From assembly GCA_965240325.2 (NCBI GenBank), contig OZ251240.1, positions 124,001 to 188,000 on the forward strand: DNA of 64,000 nucleotides, in the 5' to 3' direction. The notes under the pieces were generated by a model. It searched no databases and had not been told where the DNA came from. It was given only the letters and a program-made list of their open reading frames with translations. The stretch comes from Rebecca billardiae RCC1528. Taxonomy: Eukaryota; Protista; Haptophyta. Positions 33,930 through 43,079 of this stretch are shown piece after piece. The translations under genes were made by a program, and so were the position numbers. Each line of letters starts with the position of its first letter. The first letter of the stretch is position 1.

Positions 33930-35201
33930 ATGCTCGCCAACTTCTTGCGCACGCGCGGGCCCGGCCTCGCGGCGTCGGCTGCGGTGGCGGGCGGCGCCGC
34001 CCTCGTCGCCTCCTCGCTCCCGCGCGAGTGGCACGTCTCCGCCGTCCCCGTCTCCATCGCGCTGGGCGCGGCCGCGGCGAACGGCCCGCTCGCGGCGTAC
34101 GCGCCCGCGCTCAAGCCGGGCATCTCGCTCGCGACGTCGACGGTGCTGCGCGCCGGCGTGGTGTGCGTGGGCGTGAAGCTCTCTGCCATGCAGGTCCTCT
34201 CCCTCGGCTGGGCCACGCTGCCCGCCGCCGCCGCCGCGGTGAGCGTGGGCATCTTTGCGATCCCGCGGATCGCGGCGGCCGCCGGGCTCGCGCCGCGGCT
34301 GGGCTCGCTGATCGCGGCGGGCACGTCGGTGTGCGGCGTCACGGCGATCGGCGCGGTGGCGCCCGCCATCGGCGCCTCCCAGGCCGAGGTCGCCATCGCT
34401 GTCGCCAACGTCGTCGCCTTCGGCTCGCTCGCGATGCTCGCGTACCCGCACCTCGCGGCCAGCCTGTTCGAGCGCGCAGACTCCGCGTCGATCGGGCTGT
34501 TCCTCGGGCTGGGCGTGCACGACACGGCGCAGGTGATGGGGGCGGCGGCGGCGTACGCCGAGCAGTACGCCGACGTCGCCGTCGTCTCCGCCGCCGCCGT
34601 CGCCAAGCTCACGCGCAACCTCGCGCTGGCGGCGGTGGTGCCGCTCATGGCCGCGCGGCACGCGGGCACCGGCGCCGCGCTGCCGGGCGCGAGCGGCGTG
34701 GGCTCGGCGCTGGCGAAGGCGGTGCCGGGCTTCGTCGCGGGCTTCCTGCTCATGGCGCTCCTCCGCTCCGCCGGCGACGCGCAGCTGCGCGCGGGCGAGC
34801 GCGCGCTCTTTGCGCTGGACGAGGCGCAGTGGAGCGCCGCGTGCGAGTTTGTGGGCGGCGACCTCGGCACCAAGGCGCTGCTGCCGACGGCGATGGCGGC
34901 GGTGGGGCTGTCCGTGCGCGCGGAGGCGTTCCGCGGCGTGGGGTGGCGCCCGTTCGCCGTCGGCGGGCTCGGCGCCGCGCTCGTCGGCTCGGCGGGCCTC
35001 GCGTGCGCGCTGCTGAGCGTGCGGCTGCGCGCCGCGCTCGAGCAGCGCGCGCCCGCGCCCGCGCCCGCGCCGACCGCCGACAAGGCGGCGCCGGCGGCGA
35101 AGCCCGAGCCGCTCGTCGAGGTGCCCGGCGGCGTGTCGACGCTTGTGCGCCGCGTGACAGAGATGAGCGCGTCAACCACCGCCGTGGCAGCCGCGGCCTA
35201 G
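33930..35201 (+). CDS. YeiH/UPF0324 (putative sulfate exporter family) membrane protein
   Basis: LIAAGTSVCGVTAI.AVAPAI.A, YP, GVHDTAQV, AKLTRN and AMAAVGL motifs; intronless. Confidence 0.88.
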   Translation: MLANFLRTRGPGLAASAAVAGGAALVASSLPREWHVSAVPVSIALGAAAANGPLAAYAPALKPGISLATSTVLRAGVVCVGVKLSAMQVLSLGWATLPAAAAAVSVGIFAIPRIAAAAGLAPRLGSLIAAGTSVCGVTAIGAVAPAIGASQAEVAIAVANVVAFGSLAMLAYPHLAASLFERADSASIGLFLGLGVHDTAQVMGAAAAYAEQYADVAVVSAAAVAKLTRNLALAAVVPLMAARHAGTGAALPGASGVGSALAKAVPGFVAGFLLMALLRSAGDAQLRAGERALFALDEAQWSAACEFVGGDLGTKALLPTAMAAVGLSVRAEAFRGVGWRPFAVGGLGAALVGSAGLACALLSVRLRAALEQRAPAPAPAPTADKAAPAAKPEPLVEVPGGVSTLVRRVTEMSASTTAVAAAA

Positions 35202-35567
35202 GCGTGGCGAGCTTGTCGTATCGGTCTGTCGGACAGACGACTGACCACGTCCACGGGACGGCGTAACAGACGCGTAACTCACGAACTCGGCGACCGGCTG
35301 CACGCCGCCGCCGGCTGAGGCTGAGCCCGAGCAGAGCAGTGTGCGTTTCTCAGACTTTTGTACATCATCTAAACTGGTCTTCTTGGTTTGAGCTGCACTA
35401 CCGGCCCAATGCACTATGCAGCTCGCCGGCTTGGCGGGCGCTTGGCCCGTGAGGGCGTTGCACCGGCAGGTGAGGTAGTGAGCCTTGTTGAGCACCGCGC
35501 CGGGCCCGGAAAAGTCCGGAGAGTCTGGTCCCAACCGTCTGCCGGCGCGCGTCAAGCCCCGCAAGCC

Positions 35568-36752
35568 ATGTTGCGCCGCGTCGCGATCGGCGCGGGCGCG
35601 TGCGGCGCGGCGTACGCGGCGTACACGTGCACGCGCCACGGCGAGCTGTACACGACGTTCAAGCAGCCCCTGTTCAAGGTGATCGACGGCGAGACCGGGC
35701 ACAAGCTCGCCGTCGCCGTCACCTCGCGCCCGTGGCTCGTGCGCGCGGCCGGCTTTGCCGACCCGTCGCCCGCCGACCCGCCGTCGCTGCGCACCAAGGT
35801 GTGGGGCCTCGAGTTCGCGAACCCGCTTGGCTCGGCGGCGGGGTACGACAAGGACGCCCAGTCGATCGACGGCCTCGCCGAGATGGGCTTCGGCCTCGTC
35901 GAGATCGGCTCGGTCACGCCGCAGCCGCAGCCGGGCAACGCCAAGCCGCGCGTCTTCCGGCTGCTCGAGGACGGCGCGGTCATCAACCGGTACGGGTTCA
36001 ACTCGGCGGGGATGGCGGTGGTGCGCGAGCGGCTCGAGCGATGGGCCGCCTCGCGCGCCTCCGCGACCCCCCGCGCCCAGGCCGTCGTCCTCGGCGTCAA
36101 CCTGGGCAAGAACAAGCAGACGGCGGACGCGGCGTCCGACTACGAGCTGGGCATGGCCGCGCTCGGCGAGCACGCCGCCTTCGTCGTGGTGAACGTGAGC
36201 TCGCCGAACACGCCGGGGCTGCGCGACCTGCAGGCGCGCGAGCAGCTCGAGGCGCTGCTCCGCCGCGCCGTCGCCGCGCGCGACCGCCTCGGCCGCTCGC
36301 CGCCGCCCCCGCTGCTCGTCAAGATTGCGCCCGACCTGAGCGACGCTGAGCTGACCGACGTGGCGCACGCGGCCACGGCGGCGCGCGTCGACGGCGTCGT
36401 CGTGAGCAACACGACGCTGGCGAGGCCCGAGAGCCTGCGCTCGGAGCACAAGGGCGAGACGGGCGGGCTCTCGGGCCGGCCGCTCACCGAGCCCTCCACC
36501 GAGGTGCTGCGCCGCCTGTACGCGCTCACCAAGGGCGAGCTGCCGCTCGTGGGCGTGGGCGGCATCGGCAGCGGCGCAGACGCGTACGCAAAGGTGCGCG
36601 CGGGCGCGTCGCTGCTGCAGCTGTACACCGCGCTCGCGCTCGAGGGGCCGCCGGTCGTGTGGCGCGTGAAGGCGGAGCTCGCCGCGCTGCTCGAGCGCGA
36701 CGGCTTCGCCTCCGTCGCGGATGCCGTCGGCGCCGACCACCGGGCAAAGTGA
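35568..36752 (+). CDS. DHODH: Dihydroorotate dehydrogenase (quinone), class 2, probably mitochondrial
   Basis: NPLGSAAGYDK, EIGSVTPQPQPGNAKPRVFRL, INRYGFNS, NVSSPNTPGLR, KIAPDL, GGLSG, GVGGI, QLYTA. Confidence 0.97.
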   Translation: MLRRVAIGAGACGAAYAAYTCTRHGELYTTFKQPLFKVIDGETGHKLAVAVTSRPWLVRAAGFADPSPADPPSLRTKVWGLEFANPLGSAAGYDKDAQSIDGLAEMGFGLVEIGSVTPQPQPGNAKPRVFRLLEDGAVINRYGFNSAGMAVVRERLERWAASRASATPRAQAVVLGVNLGKNKQTADAASDYELGMAALGEHAAFVVVNVSSPNTPGLRDLQAREQLEALLRRAVAARDRLGRSPPPPLLVKIAPDLSDAELTDVAHAATAARVDGVVVSNTTLARPESLRSEHKGETGGLSGRPLTEPSTEVLRRLYALTKGELPLVGVGGIGSGADAYAKVRAGASLLQLYTALALEGPPVVWRVKAELAALLERDGFASVADAVGADHRAK

Positions 36753-37494
36753 TGTGGCATGGCACAGAGTGCCGTCAATCCGGGGTGAGTCGGAGTCGGA
36801 GCGCTGTGACTGTGAGACTAGCAGGCGCCGGAATCCACCGTAGTGCTCTGCTGATCGGGCGCATCACGCCATCGGCATCGGCTGATTCGGCATCCGGCAT
36901 CCGCGAAGTTCCGGCGAAGCCTTCTGTCTTTATTCGATCTGCCGAGCATGCATCGTCAGCAGCACTCAGCAGTGCCCAGGCGCCCAGGCGGCCCGCGCCC
37001 GCGGCCCCGGCGGCCGGCCCGGCCGCCCGCGGGCCCGCGGGCGTGAGCCCGTGACTCGGGCCCGAGGCGGCCGAGGCCGAGGCGGCGAGTCGCCCGGCCG
37101 AAGCCTCGTACTTCATATAGCAGTAGTCATAGCCTGCCCCCCGGCCCCGACTCGAGCCGCCGCGAGTGGCACTGACGATACCGTGCGTACCAGCAGTACC
37201 GGCGGTACGCATGCCCGATCGCCGATGCCGCACTGGCACTTGGTCCACGGGCGCGGAGGCTGTCCGGCAGTTGATACTGGCCGGTGGCGGCGCCTCCGAC
37301 TCCTCCGAGGCGGCAGGCGGCAGGTGAGCACCCGCAGCAGGCCTGCGGACCGGCTGGGACTCCGGAGACCGCGCTCAATCTCAGAGTCAGACCGGTGGTG
37401 CCACGCGCGCACAGTTGGCAGCGAGGCGCGGCCGAGGCCAGCGCCGGCTGTGGGCGCCGGGCGCGCGGCCAGAGCCTCGGCGCGTGATGCTGGC

Positions 37495-39190
37495 TCAGTC
37501 TGACACCTTGAGCGCTGCCGCGCCCGCTGCGGCCTCATCCACCGCAGCAGCGCCAGCCGCGGACGGCTTGGGCGGCTCGCCGCCCTGCGCACCCGCGCCG
37601 TCTGCGCCCGCGGCCGCCGCCGCGAGGGCCGCGGCCTTTGCCGCCTTTGCGGCGCGCACCGCCTCCTCCTCCTCCTTCGTGGGCGGCGGCGGGGGCGGCT
37701 CCTGCGCGCGCGACGACAGACGGCACACACGCAGAGCGCGGCGCGCGCCCAGAGCGCGTGAGCTCCGAACGAGGGCGGCGCGCGGCGCAGGGCGCGGCCG
37801 CGTCGGGCGGGCGCGGGGCGCGGCACGCGCGGCGCGCACCGAGCGCGGCTTGGCGCCACCGAACGGGTCCGGCTTGCTCCCGCTCTTCTCCGCCCTGCAC
37901 GCAGCGCGCGGGGAGCGGGCGGGGCGGCTCAGCGGGCGGCGCCACGCGACGCGCTCCGCCAACACCGCGTCGCGCGCGCGGCGGGGCGCGCGCTCGCGCT
38001 CGCACGTGCGCGCACGGTGGTGGGGCTGGCGCGCCACCCTCCGCCTTCTCCACCGGCTTGGAGCGCGGCTGCAGCTTGAGGCGCGGCCGCCCGCCCTCGC
38101 CGCCGCCGCCGCCCTCGCCGCCGCCGCCGCCCTCGCCACGCCCTCGCCCGCCCTCCGGCCCGGCCGCGTACGCCGAGAAGTCGCGAGGCGCCGCGCGCGG
38201 GTCCTGGCTCCACTTGTCGTCCCCGCCCTCGCCCTCACCGCCGTACCGGCTGCCGCTGCTGCGCTCGCGCTCGCCGCCGCGCTCGCCGCCAAAGCCGCCG
38301 CGCTCGCCGCCAAAGCCGCCGCGCTCGCCGCCGCGCTCGCCGCCGAAGCCGCCACGCCCGCCGCCCCGCTCCATCTCGCCGCCGCCGCCGCCGCCGCCGC
38401 CGCGCGGGGCGGAGTAGGAGCTGAAGTCGCGGTCGCCCGCGCGCGGGTCGCGGTCAAACGGGTCGGGACGATCGTCGTACCGCTCGGGGCCGCGCGGCCC
38501 GTCGCGGTCGGCGAAGCCGCCGCGATCGCCGTCGCCGCCACGATCGCCGCCGCGCTCGAAGCCGCCGCCGCCGCCGCGATCGCCGCCGCGGTCGAAGCCG
38601 CCGCCGCCGCCGCCGCCGCTGCGCTCGAAGCCGCCGCCGCCGCCGCCGCCGCCGCCGCGATCGCGGTCGCCAAAGCCGCCGCGGTCGCCGCCGCCAAAGC
38701 CGCCGCGATCGCCGCGATCGCCGCCGAAGCCGCCGCGATCGCCGCGATCGCCGCCGAAGCCGCCGCGATCGCCACGGTCGCCGTACCCGCCACGGTCGCC
38801 GCCGAAGCCCCCGCGGTCGCCGCGGTCAAAGCCGCCGCCGCCGCCGCCGCCGCCGTACCGATCGCCGCCGCCGCCAAAGCCGCCGCCGCCGCCGCGGTCA
38901 AAGCCGCCGCCGCCGCCGCCGCCGCCGCCGCTTGGGCGCCATTGAGAGGAGTTGTCTGCAGCGGACTCGAGAGGCATGCGGTCACCACCCTCGTCGTCGT
39001 ACCGCCGGCGGTCGCCGAAGCCGCCGCGGTCGCCGTAGCGGTCGCCAAAGCCGCCGCGGCCGCCATAGCCGCCATAGCCGTCGCCGCCCGCGTCACCGCG
39101 CGGCGCGGTGGGCAGGTCGTCCTGGTTGGCCTGCGGGCCGAGGAACTCGCCCAGATTCATTGTCTTCCCCTTCACCTTCTTCGGCGCCAT
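37495..39190 (-). CDS. eIF4B-like (plant-type, no RRM seen) DRGG/RGG-rich protein. Exons 39190-38016, 37894-37840, 37701-37495
   Basis: [19 protein letters not shown], a long DRGG tract, [12 protein letters not shown] and [11 protein letters not shown] are eIF4B hallmarks. Two GTGCGC...CAG introns give a continuous frame. Confidence 0.82.
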
Positions 39191-39412
39191 GTCGCAAGCA
39201 GGAGGAGGCGCGCGTTCGAATGCAGCGGGGTGGGCGCGGACAGGGGCGGACGCTCCCTGCTTGTACGCGCGTGGCCCAGAATCCGGGTTCGAGTCTCCAC
39301 GTCGCCGAGCGAGCTCGCGCGCAGCGCTCTTGCCAGTGCGAAGCAGTCTGAATCTGAAGCTGGGTAAATCCGTCGCATTCGCCCGCCCTCGCCGTCGGGT
39401 CGGGCCTCGACG

Positions 39413-40693
39413 ATGGCGGCTCCCCCCGCGGACGACGCGGACGGCTCAGACGAGCGGCGGCCGCTCAGCCGAGGCTGCGTCCCGTCCGATGGGTTGGAGG
39501 AGCGCGCTCGCACGCGCGTGTGCGTCGTCTCGATCGACCAGCCGCCCCGCGGCCGCGCGTACATCGCCGCCGGCGCGCCCTCCACGCTGCTGCCGCGCGT
39601 GCGGATCAGGTGCGCGCCGCCGCTGCCGCCGCTGCCGCCGCTGCTCGTCGGCGCGATCGGCGTCTCGACGGTGCCGCTCGTCGTGAGCTTCTGGTGGATG
39701 TTCGGCGCGCACGTCTACCCGGGCTTCGTCCCGCGCGGCTCCTTCCCGATCATCGTCTTCTCCTCCGCGCTCGTGCCGATGGCCGCGCTCGCGCGCGTGC
39801 GGCTGCGCGCGCTCGGCGCCGCGCGCCGCGGCGAGCCGTTCAGCGGCATGTGCCTGCCGTTCGACGTGTCGTTCCCGTGGCCGCCGACGCTCGCGTCCGG
39901 CGCGGCCGTGAGCTACTCGCCCTCCCCCGCCAGCGAGATGCTCGCCCGCCTCCTCCTCTTCCTCCGCTACCGCGGCGCCGTCCCGCTGGTGGTCTCGGCG
40001 CTGTGGGCGGCCATTGTGCTGCTCAGCGAGGGGGGCGCGAAGAAGGCGCTCAGGCAGCCGCGGCCCGCGGGCTCGTTCGTGCCGGCGAGGAAGCCGGGCA
40101 TGCCCTCGACGCACGCGATGCTCTCCATGGCGCAGCTCGCCTACTTCCTCAGCCGCATCTACGCGTGGCGCTGGGCGCCGGCGCGCAGCCGCGCCGCGCC
40201 CGCCGCGCTCGACGCGTGCGCGCCAGGCAGCGTCTTCCACCCGGCGGTGGGCTGCGCGTACCACCTGGCGTTCGCGGACAACCTGGACGAGCCGTCGACC
40301 GCGGTCGCGCGCGACGGCTCGAGCTGGCCCGTGCACGGCGCGAGCCAGCCCGACGCGCTGCTCCGGCTCACGTGGGCCGCGCTCAACACCAGCATGTTTG
40401 CGCCGGTGCCGCTGGCGCGCGTGCTGCTGCGCGACCACACGCGCGCGCAGGTGGCGGTGGGCGCGGCGCTGGGCGTGCTGCTCGGCTGCGCGTGGGCGGA
40501 GCTCGCGCAGTGCGTCTTCTACCCGTACCTGCAGAGCCTGTGCGACTGGGAGGTGCACGACTGCTTCGTGCAGCGCCGCCAGCCGTGCGACTCGCACGAC
40601 CTGCTGCGGCACGCGGCGCGCGAGCAGGCGGCCGGCGGCGCGAGCCCACTCCCGGCGGCGTGCGCTCGCGTGCCGCCGTGGCCGCGGTCGTAG
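39413..40693 (+). CDS. PAP2-family phosphatase, dolichyl-diphosphatase (DOLPP1/CAX4)-like
   Basis: KKALRQPRP (C1), GMPSTHA (C2), [16 protein letters not shown] (C3), with hydrophobic helices. Confidence 0.82.
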   Translation: MAAPPADDADGSDERRPLSRGCVPSDGLEERARTRVCVVSIDQPPRGRAYIAAGAPSTLLPRVRIRCAPPLPPLPPLLVGAIGVSTVPLVVSFWWMFGAHVYPGFVPRGSFPIIVFSSALVPMAALARVRLRALGAARRGEPFSGMCLPFDVSFPWPPTLASGAAVSYSPSPASEMLARLLLFLRYRGAVPLVVSALWAAIVLLSEGGAKKALRQPRPAGSFVPARKPGMPSTHAMLSMAQLAYFLSRIYAWRWAPARSRAAPAALDACAPGSVFHPAVGCAYHLAFADNLDEPSTAVARDGSSWPVHGASQPDALLRLTWAALNTSMFAPVPLARVLLRDHTRAQVAVGAALGVLLGCAWAELAQCVFYPYLQSLCDWEVHDCFVQRRQPCDSHDLLRHAAREQAAGGASPLPAACARVPPWPRS

Positions 40694-41278
40694 CCGCATC
40701 GGCGGCGCGCCGCGCCGATGGCGGTGGGCGCGCCGGGGCGTGCGCGGTGGCAGCGCGGCGAGCCGGGTGCGCGGGCCGCTGCCGCCATGCTCGGATGGAC
40801 AGACTGGGACGAGTGCATCATCGCAGCACGGCGTACGTCCACGAGTCCCGCGCACGGCGGCGGACGGAGGCCGTGCTGAGCCTGAGGCCGTGTCCTGAGG
40901 CCGTGTCCGTGACGACTGACGGCGTGCTGGCGATCTGATCACGGATCCGGTGTGCGCGCGCGGCGAGGGCACGGCAGAATCACGCGCACGTGCTGATGTA
41001 CGGCGGCTACAAGGACGACTACAGAGTAGTGACAGTATGCAGTAGTGCAACAGTACGCGGTATATGCCTCAACGCTACAACTACATTGGCCAGCGCGGGG
41101 GGCTCCATCACCAATGATGCGATGATCAGCTTCGGTCCAACCCAGCGGGCTCATCAGTACTACGCGGTCAAGCCTCTCAGCTGTCGTCGCCGGTGCCGAT
41201 ATGATATTGGACGCGACAATATGAATAAGCGCCGCCGCGGGCTGGAGCCGCCGCGCGGTGTCATATTAGTTCGATATG

Positions 41279-41525
41279 ACTATATATATATATATATATA
41301 TGATGCTGATGCGTCATAGTATTTTCTCAGATCAGCGCACCATCATCGCGCATGCATAGAGAGTAAGAGAGAGAGAGAGAGATCGAGAGAGAGAGAGAGC
41401 GAGAGAGCAGAGAGAGAGTCAGAGAGTGAGAGCCAGACTGATCGAGAGAGAGAGAGAGAGTAGAGTGAGAGAGAGAGAGAAAGAGACGGAGAGCCGGAGA
41501 GCAGACGGAGATAGAGAGAGAGAGA
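41279..41525. repeat. (TA)n and degenerate (GA)n microsatellite tracts between convergent genes
   Basis: Directly visible. Confidence 0.9.
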
Positions 41526-41671
41526 TCGGCGGCGATCATCATCGTCTGCTGAAAATTATTCTGATGCGCGCTGATGCTGCTGATGATAAAGTCATACTCG
41601 TCGCTCGGGCTCGGCGGTCAGCGGCTGCTGCTTACCGCGCCGAGATCTGTGAGGAGGACGACCACTACGAC

Positions 41672-42985
41672 CTACGCGCGCGCGACCATCATGGCGGAGA
41701 GCAGGTCGTCCTCCTGCTGCGCGGGCGTGCGGTAGAGCGGCGCGTCCCCTCGGCCGCTCGCGCCCGCGTGCCCACGGCCGTCGGCCGGCGCGGCCGCCTC
41801 CGCGGCGCCGGCGGCGGGCGGTGCGTCGGCGGCGCGTGCGCGCCAGACGACGAGGCGGCGCGCGTCGCCCTCGCCGACCGAGCGCGAGCGCAGGCCGAGC
41901 TCCGTGGCGAGCTGGTGCGCGCTCGCGCGCGCGGCGGCGTCGAGGCTGCCCGCGGGGAACTCGAGCAGCGCCTCGGCCCGCGCGCCGCCCTCCGCGCCGC
42001 GCGCGCCCGCCCGCTGCTCGTCCGCAAACGCCTGCAGCCGCGCGCGCAGCTCGCGCTGGCTGAGGCAGCCAGTCGCGCGCGCGAGCCAGGCGTCAGCCGC
42101 GTCCGAGACGAGGGCGCAGGCGTGCAGCGTGTGCAGGCCGGGCTGGGAGGCGCAGAGCTGCTCCGCGTGCGGCATCAGCGCCGCGAGCCACGCGCCGCGC
42201 CGCGCGCCGCTCGCCACCTGCAGCGCGGTGCGCACCACGAAGCTGCCCTCCGTATGCCCAGCGAGCGCGAGCGCGCGCGGCAGCAGCGCGTCGAGCAGCT
42301 GCGCGCGCTGCCCCTCACCCGCGAGCTCGAGCGAGCGCTGCGCGACGAACGAGCCGCCCTTCTCGCGCGCGAGCGCCGCGAGCGCGCCCGCCTCCGCGCG
42401 CGGCCGCGGCTCCCTCTCGCCGCGCAGCAGCGCGGACACGAGCGCCTCGCGCTGCGGAGGGCGCGCCGCCTCCAGGCAGGCGCGCACGGAGTGCGCGCCG
42501 GGCTCGGTGCGCGCGAGGCGCAGCACGTGCGGCACGATCGCGTCGATCGCCACGCGCCGCGCCTCCGCGCCCGCGCGCGCCACGCACGCGCGCAGCACGA
42601 AGCTGCCGTACTTGTGCTCGGCGAGGGTGAGCGCGGCCGGCGCGAGAACCCGGCCGAGCGCCGCGCGCTCGGCGGGCGTGCCGAGCTCGAGGCAGTGCTG
42701 CACGAGGTGCGAGCCGACGACGTCGCACGCGAACGAGATCGCCGAGCCGCGCGCGCCACCGTCCGCCTCCTGCGCCGCCGGCGGCGCCGTGAGGCGCGCG
42801 ATCATCTGCGCGCGCTCTGCCGGCCGCTCGCGCAGCCGGCGCAGCCAGTGCTCGCGCACGACGGAGGGCGGCACGTGCTCGCGCAGCGTCTCGATCACGC
42901 TGCGCGACAGCGCGCCCCGCGGCACCTCGGGCAGCCGCGGCGGCGCCGAGGCCAGGCCGCGGCGCAGCCGCTGCACCGTGAGCAT
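41672..42985 (-). CDS. Pumilio/PUF-repeat protein with a C-terminal R3H domain, likely organelle-targeted (alternative ATG ~30 nt upstream)
   Basis: Six repeats such as ACDVVGSHLVQHCLE, AEHKYGSFVLRACV and AREKGGSFVAQRSLE. R3H motif LEFP..L...ARASAHQLATELGLRSRSVGEGDARRLVV. Presequence-like MLTVQRLRRGLAS. Confidence 0.82.
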   Translation of the reverse strand: MLTVQRLRRGLASAPPRLPEVPRGALSRSVIETLREHVPPSVVREHWLRRLRERPAERAQMIARLTAPPAAQEADGGARGSAISFACDVVGSHLVQHCLELGTPAERAALGRVLAPAALTLAEHKYGSFVLRACVARAGAEARRVAIDAIVPHVLRLARTEPGAHSVRACLEAARPPQREALVSALLRGEREPRPRAEAGALAALAREKGGSFVAQRSLELAGEGQRAQLLDALLPRALALAGHTEGSFVVRTALQVASGARRGAWLAALMPHAEQLCASQPGLHTLHACALVSDAADAWLARATGCLSQRELRARLQAFADEQRAGARGAEGGARAEALLEFPAGSLDAAARASAHQLATELGLRSRSVGEGDARRLVVWRARAADAPPAAGAAEAAAPADGRGHAGASGRGDAPLYRTPAQQEDDLLSAMMVARA

Positions 42986-43079
42986 CGCGCGCGGCGCCCA
43001 GCCAACGGGTGCCATCGCGTCCGCCGCCGTCGAAGGCGCCCGCCTCGACGATGCTCGCTTCGATGCCGTGCAGGACTGC

